Part shown: piece after piece, positions 56,232 to 64,000 of the stretch
Layout: each line of letters starts with the position of its first letter
Position numbering within the stretch: position 1 is the stretch's first letter
Source: Bacillota bacterium
Lineage (GTDB): Bacteria; Bacillota; Clostridia; Christensenellales; JAEXRW01
Direction: 5' to 3'
DNA length: 64,000 bases
NCBI GenBank assembly: GCA_023454175.1
Contig: JAEXRW010000037.1
Coordinates: 5,658 to 69,657, forward strand
Translations under genes and position numbers: made by a program
Notes under the pieces: generated by a model
Database searches by the model: none
Seen by the model: the letters and a program-made list of their open reading frames with translations, nothing else
Told to the model about the DNA's origin: nothing

Positions 56232-58397
56232 ATGGAGCAATTGAACGGAAGCGTGGAAAGGATCATCTACCGCAGCGCGTCCGACGGATGGACCGTGATG
56301 GAATTCACGTGCGAAGAAGGCAAGATCACGGCTGTGGGCAAGATGCCTTTTCTTTCAGAGGGGGAAAGTGCGAGCCTTTCGGGGGAGTGGGTGAACCACG
56401 CCAGCTACGGAAGGCAATTCCGCGTTGATTCCTTTGAAAGCACGGCGCCACAGGGCGCGGAGGCTATCCGCAGATACCTGGCCAGCGGGGCTGTGAAGGG
56501 AATCGGCCCCGTGACGGCGGACGCCATCGTGGCGGCATTCGGCACGGATTCGCTGGATATCCTGCAATTCGCCCCCATCCGGCTGACGGAGATCTACGGC
56601 ATCGGGGAAAAGCGGGCGGAGATGATCGCACGGTCCTTCGCCGAGCAGGCGGGGACGCGGCGGGTGATGATGGGGCTGCAGGGCTTCGGCATCACGCTGA
56701 ACCAGGCACAAAAGATTTATAAATTATATGGAGAAGACGCGCTCCGGACCGTCCAGGAGGACCCATATCGGCTCATTGACGACGTATGGGGCATCGGCTT
56801 CAAGACGGCGGACCGGATCGCCCGGGCGGCGGGGGTGGAGGAATCCTCCCCTTTCCGGGTGCGGGCGGGCATCAAATATGTACTGAGCGAAGGGCTGGGC
56901 GAGGGGCACACGCACCTGCCCTATGAAAAGCTGGTGGAGCTCTGCGTGAGCTCGCTGGGGCTGGAAACGGCGCTGGTGGAGCGGGAGCTCCAGAAGCTGG
57001 CATTTGAACACCAGGTCAAGCTCCTGGAGACGGCGGCACAGACATGCGTATACCTGGAATACGTGTATACCATCGAAAATGACGTGGCGCGAAGGCTGTA
57101 CATGCTCTCACGGTACAACGCACAACCCCTCCAAATCATCGAAAACATGGACGACTCCTCCCTCGAGCTCTCGGGACAGCAGATGGAGGCCGTGCAACAG
57201 GCCTGCACGAGCCAGCTGCTCGTCATCACGGGAGGGCCGGGCACCGGGAAAACCACGATACTGAAAAAGATCATCGAACTGTATGACCAGGCGAGACTGC
57301 CCTGCGAACTGGCGGCGCCCACGGGACGGGCGGCCAAGCGCATGAGCGAAGCATCGGGGAAAGATGCGCGCACCATCCACCGGTTACTTGAATACGCATG
57401 GAGCGAGCAGGGGGAGGGGTATTTCGGGCGGAACGAGGACAACCCGCTGGACACGGCCGCCGTCATCCTGGACGAAACATCCATGCTGGACCTTTTCCTG
57501 CTGTACCGCGTATTGAAGGCATTAAAGAAGGGCACACGCCTCGTACTCGTGGGAGACGCGGACCAGCTGCCCTCCCTGGGACCGGGAAACGTACTGCGTG
57601 ACATCATCGAGAGCGGCGCGGCGCCGTGCATCCGGCTGACCGAAGTCTTCCGCCAGGAGGGGGAGAGCGGGATCGTGGTGAACGCCCACCGCATCAACGA
57701 GGGAACAGAGCCGGTATTTGCCCAGGATGGGGACTTCGTATTCCTTCCGCGGGACCCGGAGGGGACGAAAAAGACGGTGCTGGAACTGGCATTACGTGCA
57801 AAGGGGAATGCGCAGGTGCTCACGCCGATGCGGAAAGTCGACCTCGGCGTCATCCCGATGAACGGCATATTGCAGCAGGCCATGAACCCCCCCGCGCCGG
57901 GCAAGGCGGAACTCCAGATCGGGCAGACGGTCTTCCGCGAGGGGGACAAGGTGATGCAGATCAAAAACAACTATAAACAGGAATGGTTCCGCGAGGGGCC
58001 CCTGTGCAGCGAGCAGGGGACGGGCGTCTTCAACGGGGACATGGGAATATTAAAGAAAATAGACCATGAAGAGGAGAAGGCGCTGGTGGAGATGGATGAC
58101 GGGCGGAGCGTGTGCTACGACTTCTCCACGATGGACGAGGTGGAGCTGGCCTACGCGATATCGGTCCACAAGAGCCAGGGCAGCGAATTTGACACCGTCA
58201 TCATGCCTGTCTACGGCGGGCCGCCGATGCTGATGACGCGGAACATGCTGTACACCGCCGTTACAAGGGCGAAAAAGAAGGTGTACCTGGTGGGGAAGAT
58301 GTATTCCCTGAACAGCATGATCCAAAACAACCGGACTTCCAACCGGTATACCAATCTGGAATACCGGCTGCGGATACTGACGGATACGTTGGATTAG
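56232..58397 (+). CDS. recD2: ATP-dependent RecD-like DNA helicase (SF1B, RecD2/YrrC type)
   Basis: 721 aa with Walker A GGPGTGKTT, DETSM, and a C-terminal SVHKSQGSE motif. Confidence 0.9.
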   Translation: MEQLNGSVERIIYRSASDGWTVMEFTCEEGKITAVGKMPFLSEGESASLSGEWVNHASYGRQFRVDSFESTAPQGAEAIRRYLASGAVKGIGPVTADAIVAAFGTDSLDILQFAPIRLTEIYGIGEKRAEMIARSFAEQAGTRRVMMGLQGFGITLNQAQKIYKLYGEDALRTVQEDPYRLIDDVWGIGFKTADRIARAAGVEESSPFRVRAGIKYVLSEGLGEGHTHLPYEKLVELCVSSLGLETALVERELQKLAFEHQVKLLETAAQTCVYLEYVYTIENDVARRLYMLSRYNAQPLQIIENMDDSSLELSGQQMEAVQQACTSQLLVITGGPGTGKTTILKKIIELYDQARLPCELAAPTGRAAKRMSEASGKDARTIHRLLEYAWSEQGEGYFGRNEDNPLDTAAVILDETSMLDLFLLYRVLKALKKGTRLVLVGDADQLPSLGPGNVLRDIIESGAAPCIRLTEVFRQEGESGIVVNAHRINEGTEPVFAQDGDFVFLPRDPEGTKKTVLELALRAKGNAQVLTPMRKVDLGVIPMNGILQQAMNPPAPGKAELQIGQTVFREGDKVMQIKNNYKQEWFREGPLCSEQGTGVFNGDMGILKKIDHEEEKALVEMDDGRSVCYDFSTMDEVELAYAISVHKSQGSEFDTVIMPVYGGPPMLMTRNMLYTAVTRAKKKVYLVGKMYSLNSMIQNNRTSNRYTNLEYRLRILTDTLD

Positions 58398-58445
58398 TTG
58401 AGAGTTGAAAGTTGAAAGTGGAGAGTTGCGGTTAGCCTTGCGAGA
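58396..58445 (+). repeat. stop-heptad array (AGTTGAG AGTTGAA AGTTGAA AGTGGAG AGTTGCG) plus degenerate hairpin
   Basis: The recD2 stop TAG 58395..58397 overlaps unit 1. Units at 58396..58430. Confidence 0.8.
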
Positions 58446-58459
58446 TTAAATAGTAGTAG

Positions 58460-58546
58460 ATATCACTCCTTCCGGTTGCATGCTCACCCGCTTGGTTTGC
58501 TTGCAACCACCTCCCTCGTCTGAGGGAGGTAAGTTGCCTGCGGGCG
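58460..58546 (+). repeat. hairpin-rich block related to 2111..2175 and 9040..9193
   Basis: Contains CACTCCTTCCGG, a GGTTGCA/TGCAACC stem, the 8-bp CCTCCCTC-GTCT-GAGGGAGG stem (58510..58529) and GCC-TGCG-GGC. Confidence 0.6.
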
Positions 58547-58650
58547 GAATCTAGATAAACCATCTGCAAAAAATCAGGTGGTTTTATTTAATTGCCAGGG
58601 GGTGGGAAGACATGTAGAATATGGGTAAGTCCTTCAAGGGGGTGCAGGAA

Positions 58651-59559
58651 ATGAATGCGACCAAAAGAGTTATGGCGTTTATCACACTGGCGATGGCGGC
58701 TGTTTTGATCACTGCTTGCACAAACACAAGTGTTGCCGTGATACCATCAATGCCAGAAGCAAGCGTAACACAGCCTGTGACTGCCACACCAACCCCTAGT
58801 CCAACGGCAGTAAAATCTACAATGATCACATCCATCGACGTGCTGCTGGAGTATGAGGGAGAATCCGACCCGATCTTCTTCACCCTGAGTGGAGAGGATA
58901 CGGAGTTCGTACAGAATGCACTGCAAGGCGGCGAGCAGATGAAGGGTACGGTAACGCACGCGCCGGTGGTGCATTACCTTTACATCCATTATGCAGACAG
59001 GAACGAGGACGGCGTGCTGTGGCTGCCATACAAGGAAAGCAGATACGTATTTGAAAACGGGGCGGGGGTACAGTACAGGCTGGAAGAAGGACAAACCGCC
59101 AAACTTCAGGCGTTCCTGAAAACCGCATCGAATGCAAAAGCGGGAAAGGATGCCAAGGCAAGGGAGAAACTAAAAAGCATCGCAACTGACATCCAGAAAC
59201 TATTTGAACAATCGGGAACCAAGGTGATCATGGATACGGAAGGGAACGGTTACGGCGTAATCCCCCTCTACCGGGCGCTGTTGCCCTTTGCTGATTCAGT
59301 CTGGGGAAAAGGTATAGAATATGAAAGCGGTTTTGTATCGTGGCTGATATTCAGAATCAAAGACGGAATGAAGAGCGACGACGTGGCCCGCGAAATTCCG
59401 GGACGCAACTGGCATTACAAGTATTTGGAAACAAGAGGACTCAAGGAACCGGTCTTTGCAGTTTATGGAGAGTATAGCGCCATCATCCATGCAACGAGCC
59501 TAGAAGGAGCAAACAAGGCAGCAGGGGTTATCCAAAAGATATTAGAAGAAGACGATTAA
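58651..59559 (+). CDS. hypothetical lipoprotein
   Basis: ATG 58651 follows AAGGGGG. Signal peptide with lipobox LITAC. No recognisable domain. Confidence 0.6.
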   Translation: MNATKRVMAFITLAMAAVLITACTNTSVAVIPSMPEASVTQPVTATPTPSPTAVKSTMITSIDVLLEYEGESDPIFFTLSGEDTEFVQNALQGGEQMKGTVTHAPVVHYLYIHYADRNEDGVLWLPYKESRYVFENGAGVQYRLEEGQTAKLQAFLKTASNAKAGKDAKAREKLKSIATDIQKLFEQSGTKVIMDTEGNGYGVIPLYRALLPFADSVWGKGIEYESGFVSWLIFRIKDGMKSDDVAREIPGRNWHYKYLETRGLKEPVFAVYGEYSAIIHATSLEGANKAAGVIQKILEEDD

Positions 59560-59604
59560 TATCTCGATTCAGCCCTGGGCATTGACTGTATTGGAGAAAA
59601 TGCC

Positions 59605-60264
59605 ATGAATATTCACGATGTGTTGCATGGTCTGGGGGATATCATTTTCCCACCCGACGCGAGCTGCTCCATCTGCCGCGGGGAAAAGGGCATGATGCGC
59701 GGGTACGGCATCTGCGCGGACTGCCATGCATGCCTGGCCTTCAAGGGGCAGCCGGATACCGCATGGACGCTGCCTTTCATCCCGGCGCTGCACTATGACG
59801 GGGCGGGGGCGCGGATGATCCAACGATTGAAATACGAAGGGCAGCGGTACATTGCGCGGACGCTGGGGCGGCTGATGGCAGACGCATACAACCAAAACGA
59901 GTGGGCCCTCCCCGACCTGCTGGTCCCCGTGCCGCTGCACCCCAAACGCAGGCGGAAGCGGGGATACAACCAATCCGACCTGCTGTGCCGGGAGCTATCG
60001 GCCATCCTGACGGCGCCATATGACGAAAAGGCATTAACACGTATCCGGAACACGCGGACACAGACGGGGCTGAACCGTGAGGAGCGGCTGGAGAACATGG
60101 ACGGCGCATTCACGCTGGGAAAAGGATTCGACCCTGCCGGTATGCGGATCCTGCTCATAGACGACGTATGCACGACGGGCGCGACGCTCTACGAATGCGC
60201 GAAGGTGCTGCTGGGCAGCGGCGCGGAAGACGTGCGGGCGCTGGTGGCGGCACACGGAGGATAG
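59605..60264 (+). CDS. comFC: ComF family protein (amidophosphoribosyltransferase-like, ComFC)
   Basis: N-terminal double CxxC finger (CSIC...CADC) and PRTase motif LLIDDVCTTGATL. Confidence 0.8.
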   Translation: MNIHDVLHGLGDIIFPPDASCSICRGEKGMMRGYGICADCHACLAFKGQPDTAWTLPFIPALHYDGAGARMIQRLKYEGQRYIARTLGRLMADAYNQNEWALPDLLVPVPLHPKRRRKRGYNQSDLLCRELSAILTAPYDEKALTRIRNTRTQTGLNREERLENMDGAFTLGKGFDPAGMRILLIDDVCTTGATLYECAKVLLGSGAEDVRALVAAHGG

Positions 60265-60309
60265 TTGACAGTTGAAAGTTGAGAGTTGACAGTTGCCCTG
60301 CGGGGGCTG
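60263..60309 (+). repeat. stop-heptad array (AGTTGAC AGTTGAA AGTTGAG AGTTGAC AGTTGCC) plus GCCC-TGCGG-GGGC hairpin
   Basis: The comFC stop TAG 60262..60264 overlaps unit 1. Units at 60263..60297. Confidence 0.85.
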
Positions 60310-60535
60310 TAAAAGCAAATGGACAATTTGCAATTACGATGCGGGTACGGGACTGGGAACCTTCGAATCCAACTTCATTGCTGCCCTTCAAGTGCCAATA
60401 TTCATTTTATCAAGCAGTTCATTTATTTGCATTCATTGCGCCGGTTCGTTTATAATGATAGGCAGTGTTCAAACACGCCTTGTGATTTTCACAATCCCTG
60501 TGTTCCGCACAATCCAACAATCGAGGTTTTGAAAC

Positions 60536-61399
60536 ATGAAACGTGAAGCCTGGGGGATCATCGCCTCCATCAGTATAGTCGTGTTATTGATCGGTGTCGT
60601 CATCATTCTGGCATTCACCGGGGGTGGATTAAAGGCGAAGATCGCCGCAAAGTATTCCATCCTAACCCCGGGACCTCAAACCATGGCGGACAGCAATTTT
60701 GAAAAAGGTTATTCCGGCCTGGGCTATGACAGGGAAGCAGCGCTGGATGCGAAGATAGCCTTCTACAACCAGATCAACAACATCGGTGCAACAGATGCAG
60801 AATTACAGTCCGAAATGAGTAAACAACTTTACTCCCAAAAGGACGATAGTGTGATCGCTTATGTAGACGGCACGCCTGTACTGAAATCCGGGCTGGAACT
60901 CGCACTGCTGCAGCAGAATCTGAATTACCAGACATACATAGCACAATACAATTCTGAGCAATATGCCGAATACAGGAAGGACGATCCAACAAGGCTGAAG
61001 ATGAAGGAAGCGCTCTCGGGCTCCGTACTGAGCGAGGCTGACCTCATGTATACTGTCATCGGGGAAACCGCCGTTTTGAATGAAGCAAAAAAGCAGGGGC
61101 TGGCAATGAGCCCGGAGGACGCAAAAAACTCGGCACTGCAAAACCTGCAATCCGGCACCGCCACACCTGAAGGACTGGGAGCTTACCGGACGTTTTTGAA
61201 TGAGATGGGGATATCGGAAGATACCTTCCTTGAGAAATTAACGACGCAGATACAGGAAGGAACTACAAAGAACAACCTGTTCAACGCCTTCATTCAGGTA
61301 CTCCCACAGGAGATGCAACAAGACCAAAATAGTGTGTATTCAGCATGGAACACCTATGTAAACAGCCTGGTCGAGAAGGCAAGCGTGACGCTGGTCTGA
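60536..61399 (+). CDS. hypothetical membrane-anchored protein
   Basis: RBS GAGGT. A single N-terminal TM (IIASISIVVLLIGVVIILAF) followed by a helical, Q/E/L-rich extracytoplasmic domain. Confidence 0.55.
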   Translation: MKREAWGIIASISIVVLLIGVVIILAFTGGGLKAKIAAKYSILTPGPQTMADSNFEKGYSGLGYDREAALDAKIAFYNQINNIGATDAELQSEMSKQLYSQKDDSVIAYVDGTPVLKSGLELALLQQNLNYQTYIAQYNSEQYAEYRKDDPTRLKMKEALSGSVLSEADLMYTVIGETAVLNEAKKQGLAMSPEDAKNSALQNLQSGTATPEGLGAYRTFLNEMGISEDTFLEKLTTQIQEGTTKNNLFNAFIQVLPQEMQQDQNSVYSAWNTYVNSLVEKASVTLV

Positions 61400-61537
61400 C
61401 CGGCTGTGAAGCCTTTTTCAGGGTATAATTACATACCAATAAGCCTTTACCAGACTCCAAAGCATGGTTTTAGAGGTAAAATTGGAGCAAAAAGACACAT
61501 AAATGGCTGTTTTTAGTATAATTATTAATAAAATTTA

Positions 61538-61565
61538 TTGATTTTTTACAATTGAATGCTATAAT
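61538..61565 (+). promoter_or_regulatory. sigma-A type promoter with extended -10
   Basis: TTGATT (61538..61543), a 16-nt spacer, then TGcTATAAT (61557..61565). Confidence 0.55.
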
Positions 61566-61574
61566 AAAAACAGT

Positions 61575-61896
61575 GCTTAAGTTTCCAGGTCTGTGGTTGA
61601 AAGTCGAAGCCAGCTGCAGGCTAAACGACCCACGTAAGGCGGCAATAAAGTGCCGCCGATCATGGTGCGGCTTAGAAGTAAGCCCGACCAGGTTTTCATG
61701 GAACCCATGGGACAAGACGCTTTGAAGAATCCCCGCTTTTCTACAATTGCCGTGGATCCAGGCGACCTCCAAGGATGCCAAAAACCTGAGAGAAGAAGTA
61801 GTGAGGAAGGTCAACCTTTATTAGCGAAACTTCCTGTCGGCGGGTGTGGGGTCAAAGACCAGGTCAGCTGGAAACAAGGGCGAGAATTAATTAAGC
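61575..61896 (+). ncRNA. candidate structured leader / cis-regulatory or independent RNA of about 320 nt (class unknown)
   Basis: Long-range closing helix: GCTTAAGTTTCCAG (61575..61588) pairs with CTGGAAAC (61868..61875) and TTAAGC (61891..61896). Perfect internal hairpins at 61638..61657, 61669..61684 and 61697..61709. Ends at the RBS of the zinc-ribbon gene. Confidence 0.3.
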
Positions 61897-61911
61897 GAGG
61901 GGATTTTTTTC

Positions 61912-62178
61912 ATGTACCAGGACAAAACTCTTAACTGCAAGGAGTGCGGCGCAGAATTTGTGTTCACCGCAGGCGAACAGGAATTTTACGCACAGAAGGG
62001 CTTTCTGAATGAGCCTGCCCGCTGCAAGAACTGCCGCGACGCGAAAAAGAACATCAAACGTGAACGCCAGATGTTCAGCGCCGTATGCGCAGACTGCGGC
62101 AAGGAGACACAGGTGCCGTTCCAGCCCAAAGAAGACAGGCCAGTGTACTGCGACGAATGCTTCGCAGCCAGGAGGTAA
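61912..62178 (+). CDS. zinc-ribbon protein with CxxC-x17-CxxC repeats
   Basis: 88 aa with CKECGAEF...CKNC and CADCGKET...CDEC, and RBS GAGGGGA. Confidence 0.7.
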   Translation: MYQDKTLNCKECGAEFVFTAGEQEFYAQKGFLNEPARCKNCRDAKKNIKRERQMFSAVCADCGKETQVPFQPKEDRPVYCDECFAARR

Positions 62179-62236
62179 ATCCCCACGCTTGAATGGATTT
62201 TCCCTTACAAGAGCGAGGATTAAAATTTGGCCGAAT

Positions 62237-62280
62237 GACCCGGTTGGGGTAATACAAACCCAACCGGGTCCTTTTATTTA
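62237..62280 (+). terminator. rho-independent terminator
   Basis: GACCCGGTTGGG/CCCAACCGGGTC stem followed by CTTTTATTTA. Confidence 0.75.
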
Positions 62281-62620
62281 TAGCAGGCGGCCTGGGATGG
62301 CCAATTACTGCGTTGAAGCTCCGCTTAGTCGGTGCAGCGTAGCGTTGCTACGCCTCCCTCCTAATGCTCGCTTCGCCTTGTACAACGCGCAACGTGCGCG
62401 CTGGCCACCCCAGATTGCCTGCTATAAATGATAAAAGAACAGCAATTATCTCACTTATATAGCGACAAGTACTCTAGTTCCTAAGCCTCGCTACGCCTTG
62501 TACAACGCGCGACACGCGCGAATGGTCATCATGGATTGTCTGCAATTTTTAAGTCTATTAGTGTGGCACGATGCGCTTGTGGGCACACTGGGTTGCCTGC
62601 TAGTGTATGATAGAGTAAGG
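62277..62620 (+). repeat. repeat-rich spacer: 20-nt inverted repeat, 120-nt-spaced direct repeats, three copies of a GATTGCCTGCTA-type tail
   Basis: 62277..62296 is the reverse complement of 62409..62428 (17/20). 62360..62400 matches 62480..62520. Tails near 62413, 62533 and 62591. Confidence 0.7.
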
Positions 62621-62724
62621 CAACGCATTTGTTTGGCCATCCCTGAACACTGCCGTCAAAACTACATTCAAACTTCTGATATGTGACCACTAATCAAAAA
62701 AGGACTCAATAAACATTGAGCCGC

Positions 62725-62752
62725 TTGACTTTTCATTGCGCGAGCGTATAAT
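62725..62752 (+). promoter_or_regulatory. sigma-A type promoter
   Basis: TTGACT (62725..62730), a 16-nt spacer, then TATAAT (62747..62752). Confidence 0.5.
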
Positions 62753-62858
62753 AAATAAATTGGAGATTTACATAATATCCTTTTAAAACCATAATTATCA
62801 TATCACATTCTACTATGGTTGTCAAGGGACAAATGAAAAATATCAGGAGGGAAAAAGG

Positions 62859-63341
62859 ATGGATGGGTTATCGCTATTCACAATGTACGGTGAAGCCGCA
62901 GTGATGCAGGAACTCCTCCAATGCAACAATGAATTGAACAGTCATGGCCTCAGTTTGACTAACGCTGATGTCACGGATATCTTGACCGCGCGAAAGGAGG
63001 TACTGGAAAGCCAGGGTAGGATCGAACTGGACAACCGTGTATTGAGGGGCATCATCGGAAGGGTGGCAGTATCTGCATATGTCTCACCGGATAACCTGAA
63101 AACGACCATCAACGAGATGTACGAGGTATTCCACTACATCAAGAACGCGACATCCGATGTGACAAGCGATGACGACATACTGGACGCCATGTACATATTT
63201 TACGAAAAGGTGTGCAGGGGATCGACGGAGCTGCTCATGGGGAAGGGGATCGAAAAGATACTCGATAATTTCAGGGCGGGCAGGGAGCTGGCGTATATCA
63301 TCAATGAGGAGGAGGAAGCAGAGTGGGAGAGCGAAGCGTAA
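62859..63341 (+). CDS. hypothetical protein (acidic C-terminus)
   Basis: RBS AGGAGGG. 160-aa ORF with no motif I recognise. Confidence 0.6.
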   Translation: MDGLSLFTMYGEAAVMQELLQCNNELNSHGLSLTNADVTDILTARKEVLESQGRIELDNRVLRGIIGRVAVSAYVSPDNLKTTINEMYEVFHYIKNATSDVTSDDDILDAMYIFYEKVCRGSTELLMGKGIEKILDNFRAGRELAYIINEEEEAEWESEA

Positions 63342-64000
63342 ACGGCCTTGCAGAGGACGGGAAAATAGAGATCGCCGGAACGCCGGTACACCATTGCCCG
63401 CGCAACGAAACGAGCGCGCGGCTGTTGCCGTCTGCGGCGGATGACGCGCACAACAGCATGGCGGCCATCCTGCGGGAACTGATCATAGAATACCTGGGGT
63501 GCGACAATTCCTCCATCCGGGAGGATACGGCGATGGGACTGCTGGGCTCCATTGCCTTCACCATCGAAACCGCACTGTTCAAAAGACAGGCGCCGGACAA
63601 AGATATTGCCCCGGGGATGGATATCCGGCTGCTTTATGCAGAAGGATCGAAAATGATCGAGTCAAGTTTCGAGGATGCAAAGAGACTATACAAAAAAGTA
63701 TACGGGAACAGGCTGCAGATCCCCATGGAGACCTACAACGATACGCTTGATACGGCCCTGCCGGATTTTTTCAAGGCGTATGACACCCGATTTGCCGCGC
63801 AGGAGACCGCATGCTCCATCGATTATCCCCTGGCTCTGGACGATATGTCACGCAGAGGCATCCACTACATCCGCCAATACCTGGATATGCTGGAACTGGA
63901 AACGGATTTCTGCAGGCGTTTCGAGCGGAGCGACATATTGAAACTGCTAAAAACATACGGGCTCAGGTACCAGATGAATATCCGTGAAGTAAGGGTCAAT
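63323..64000 (+). CDS. hypothetical protein, 3' end beyond the window
   Basis: Frame open from GTG 63323 (after GGAGGAGGAAGCA, overlapping the upstream gene by 19 nt) to the window end. An alternative ATG lies at 63458. Absent from the ORF track because no stop is reached. Confidence 0.5.
   Translation, partial: MGERSVNGLAEDGKIEIAGTPVHHCPRNETSARLLPSAADDAHNSMAAILRELIIEYLGCDNSSIREDTAMGLLGSIAFTIETALFKRQAPDKDIAPGMDIRLLYAEGSKMIESSFEDAKRLYKKVYGNRLQIPMETYNDTLDTALPDFFKAYDTRFAAQETACSIDYPLALDDMSRRGIHYIRQYLDMLELETDFCRRFERSDILKLLKTYGLRYQMNIREVRVN

Noticed and set aside
61575-61896. RNase P RNA, SRP RNA or tmRNA, prompted by GAAAGTC, CGGCTTA and ACCAGGTCAG strings
   Set aside because: The strings are in the wrong order and spacing for RNase P P4. 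The SRP helix-8 core GGAAGCAGC and the tmRNA tRNA-like end (T arm, CCA) are absent. I kept it only as an unclassified structured leader.
61650-61934. 94-aa plus ORF and 114-aa minus ORF (61470..61814) inside the leader region
   Set aside because: Neither has an RBS or a recognisable motif, and both overlap the hairpin-rich region. They are more likely non-coding.
1-64000. Search for transposases, integrases, prophage genes, rRNA/tRNA genes and CRISPR-Cas
   Set aside because: No ORF shows DDE, tyrosine or serine recombinase or Cas signatures that I can recognise, and no rRNA- or tRNA-like sequence was found. The AT-rich island has no visible mobility gene.

Overview
64 kb from a moderately GC-rich (about 55% in hand-counted lines) endospore-forming Firmicute, probably Clostridia-like given spoIIID followed by an mreB/mbl homologue. 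Family calls rest on motifs I recognise by eye, with no database search. Start codons are best guesses from RBS context. Layout: (a) 1-39.4 kb is a dense carbohydrate/polyol catabolic island with no recognisable glycoside hydrolase. It holds an E1 alpha/beta pair, two split transketolase pairs, three Gfo/Idh/MocA oxidoreductases, three Zn-ADHs, an SDR, a GarR-like reductase and a D-2-hydroxyacid dehydrogenase. It also holds five xylose-isomerase-like TIM barrels, two FGGY kinases, DeoC- and Eda-type aldolases, a PTE-like hydrolase, an archaeal-type cupin PGI and a possible FucI/AraA-like isomerase. One sugar ABC transporter with two paralogous binding proteins and AraC, DeoR and GntR regulators complete it. 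(b) 39.5-42.8 kb: CNNM/HlyC transporter, mtnA, a divergent def. (c) 42.8-46.1 kb, minus strand: a four-gene SPFH/zinc-ribbon membrane module. (d) 46.3-50.9 kb: spoIIID, mreB/mbl, two LCP paralogues, a 4-OT tautomerase. (e) 50.9-52.7 kb: an AT-rich (about 30% GC) single-gene island whose protein ends in an R-x4-H (HEPN-like) motif. (f) 52.7-64 kb: GGDEF cyclase, PP-loop ATPase, SAM-I riboswitch plus metK, recD2, comFC, a long structured leader before a CxxC zinc-ribbon gene, a repeat-rich spacer and two hypothetical genes, the last running off the window. The most unusual signal is non-coding. At least eleven plus-strand genes end in or at tandem heptamer arrays (consensus ARTTRAN, invariant TRA = TAA/TGA) fused to short GC hairpins. 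I cannot assign this repeat family to any described element. No rRNA, tRNA, CRISPR array, transposase or integrase was seen.
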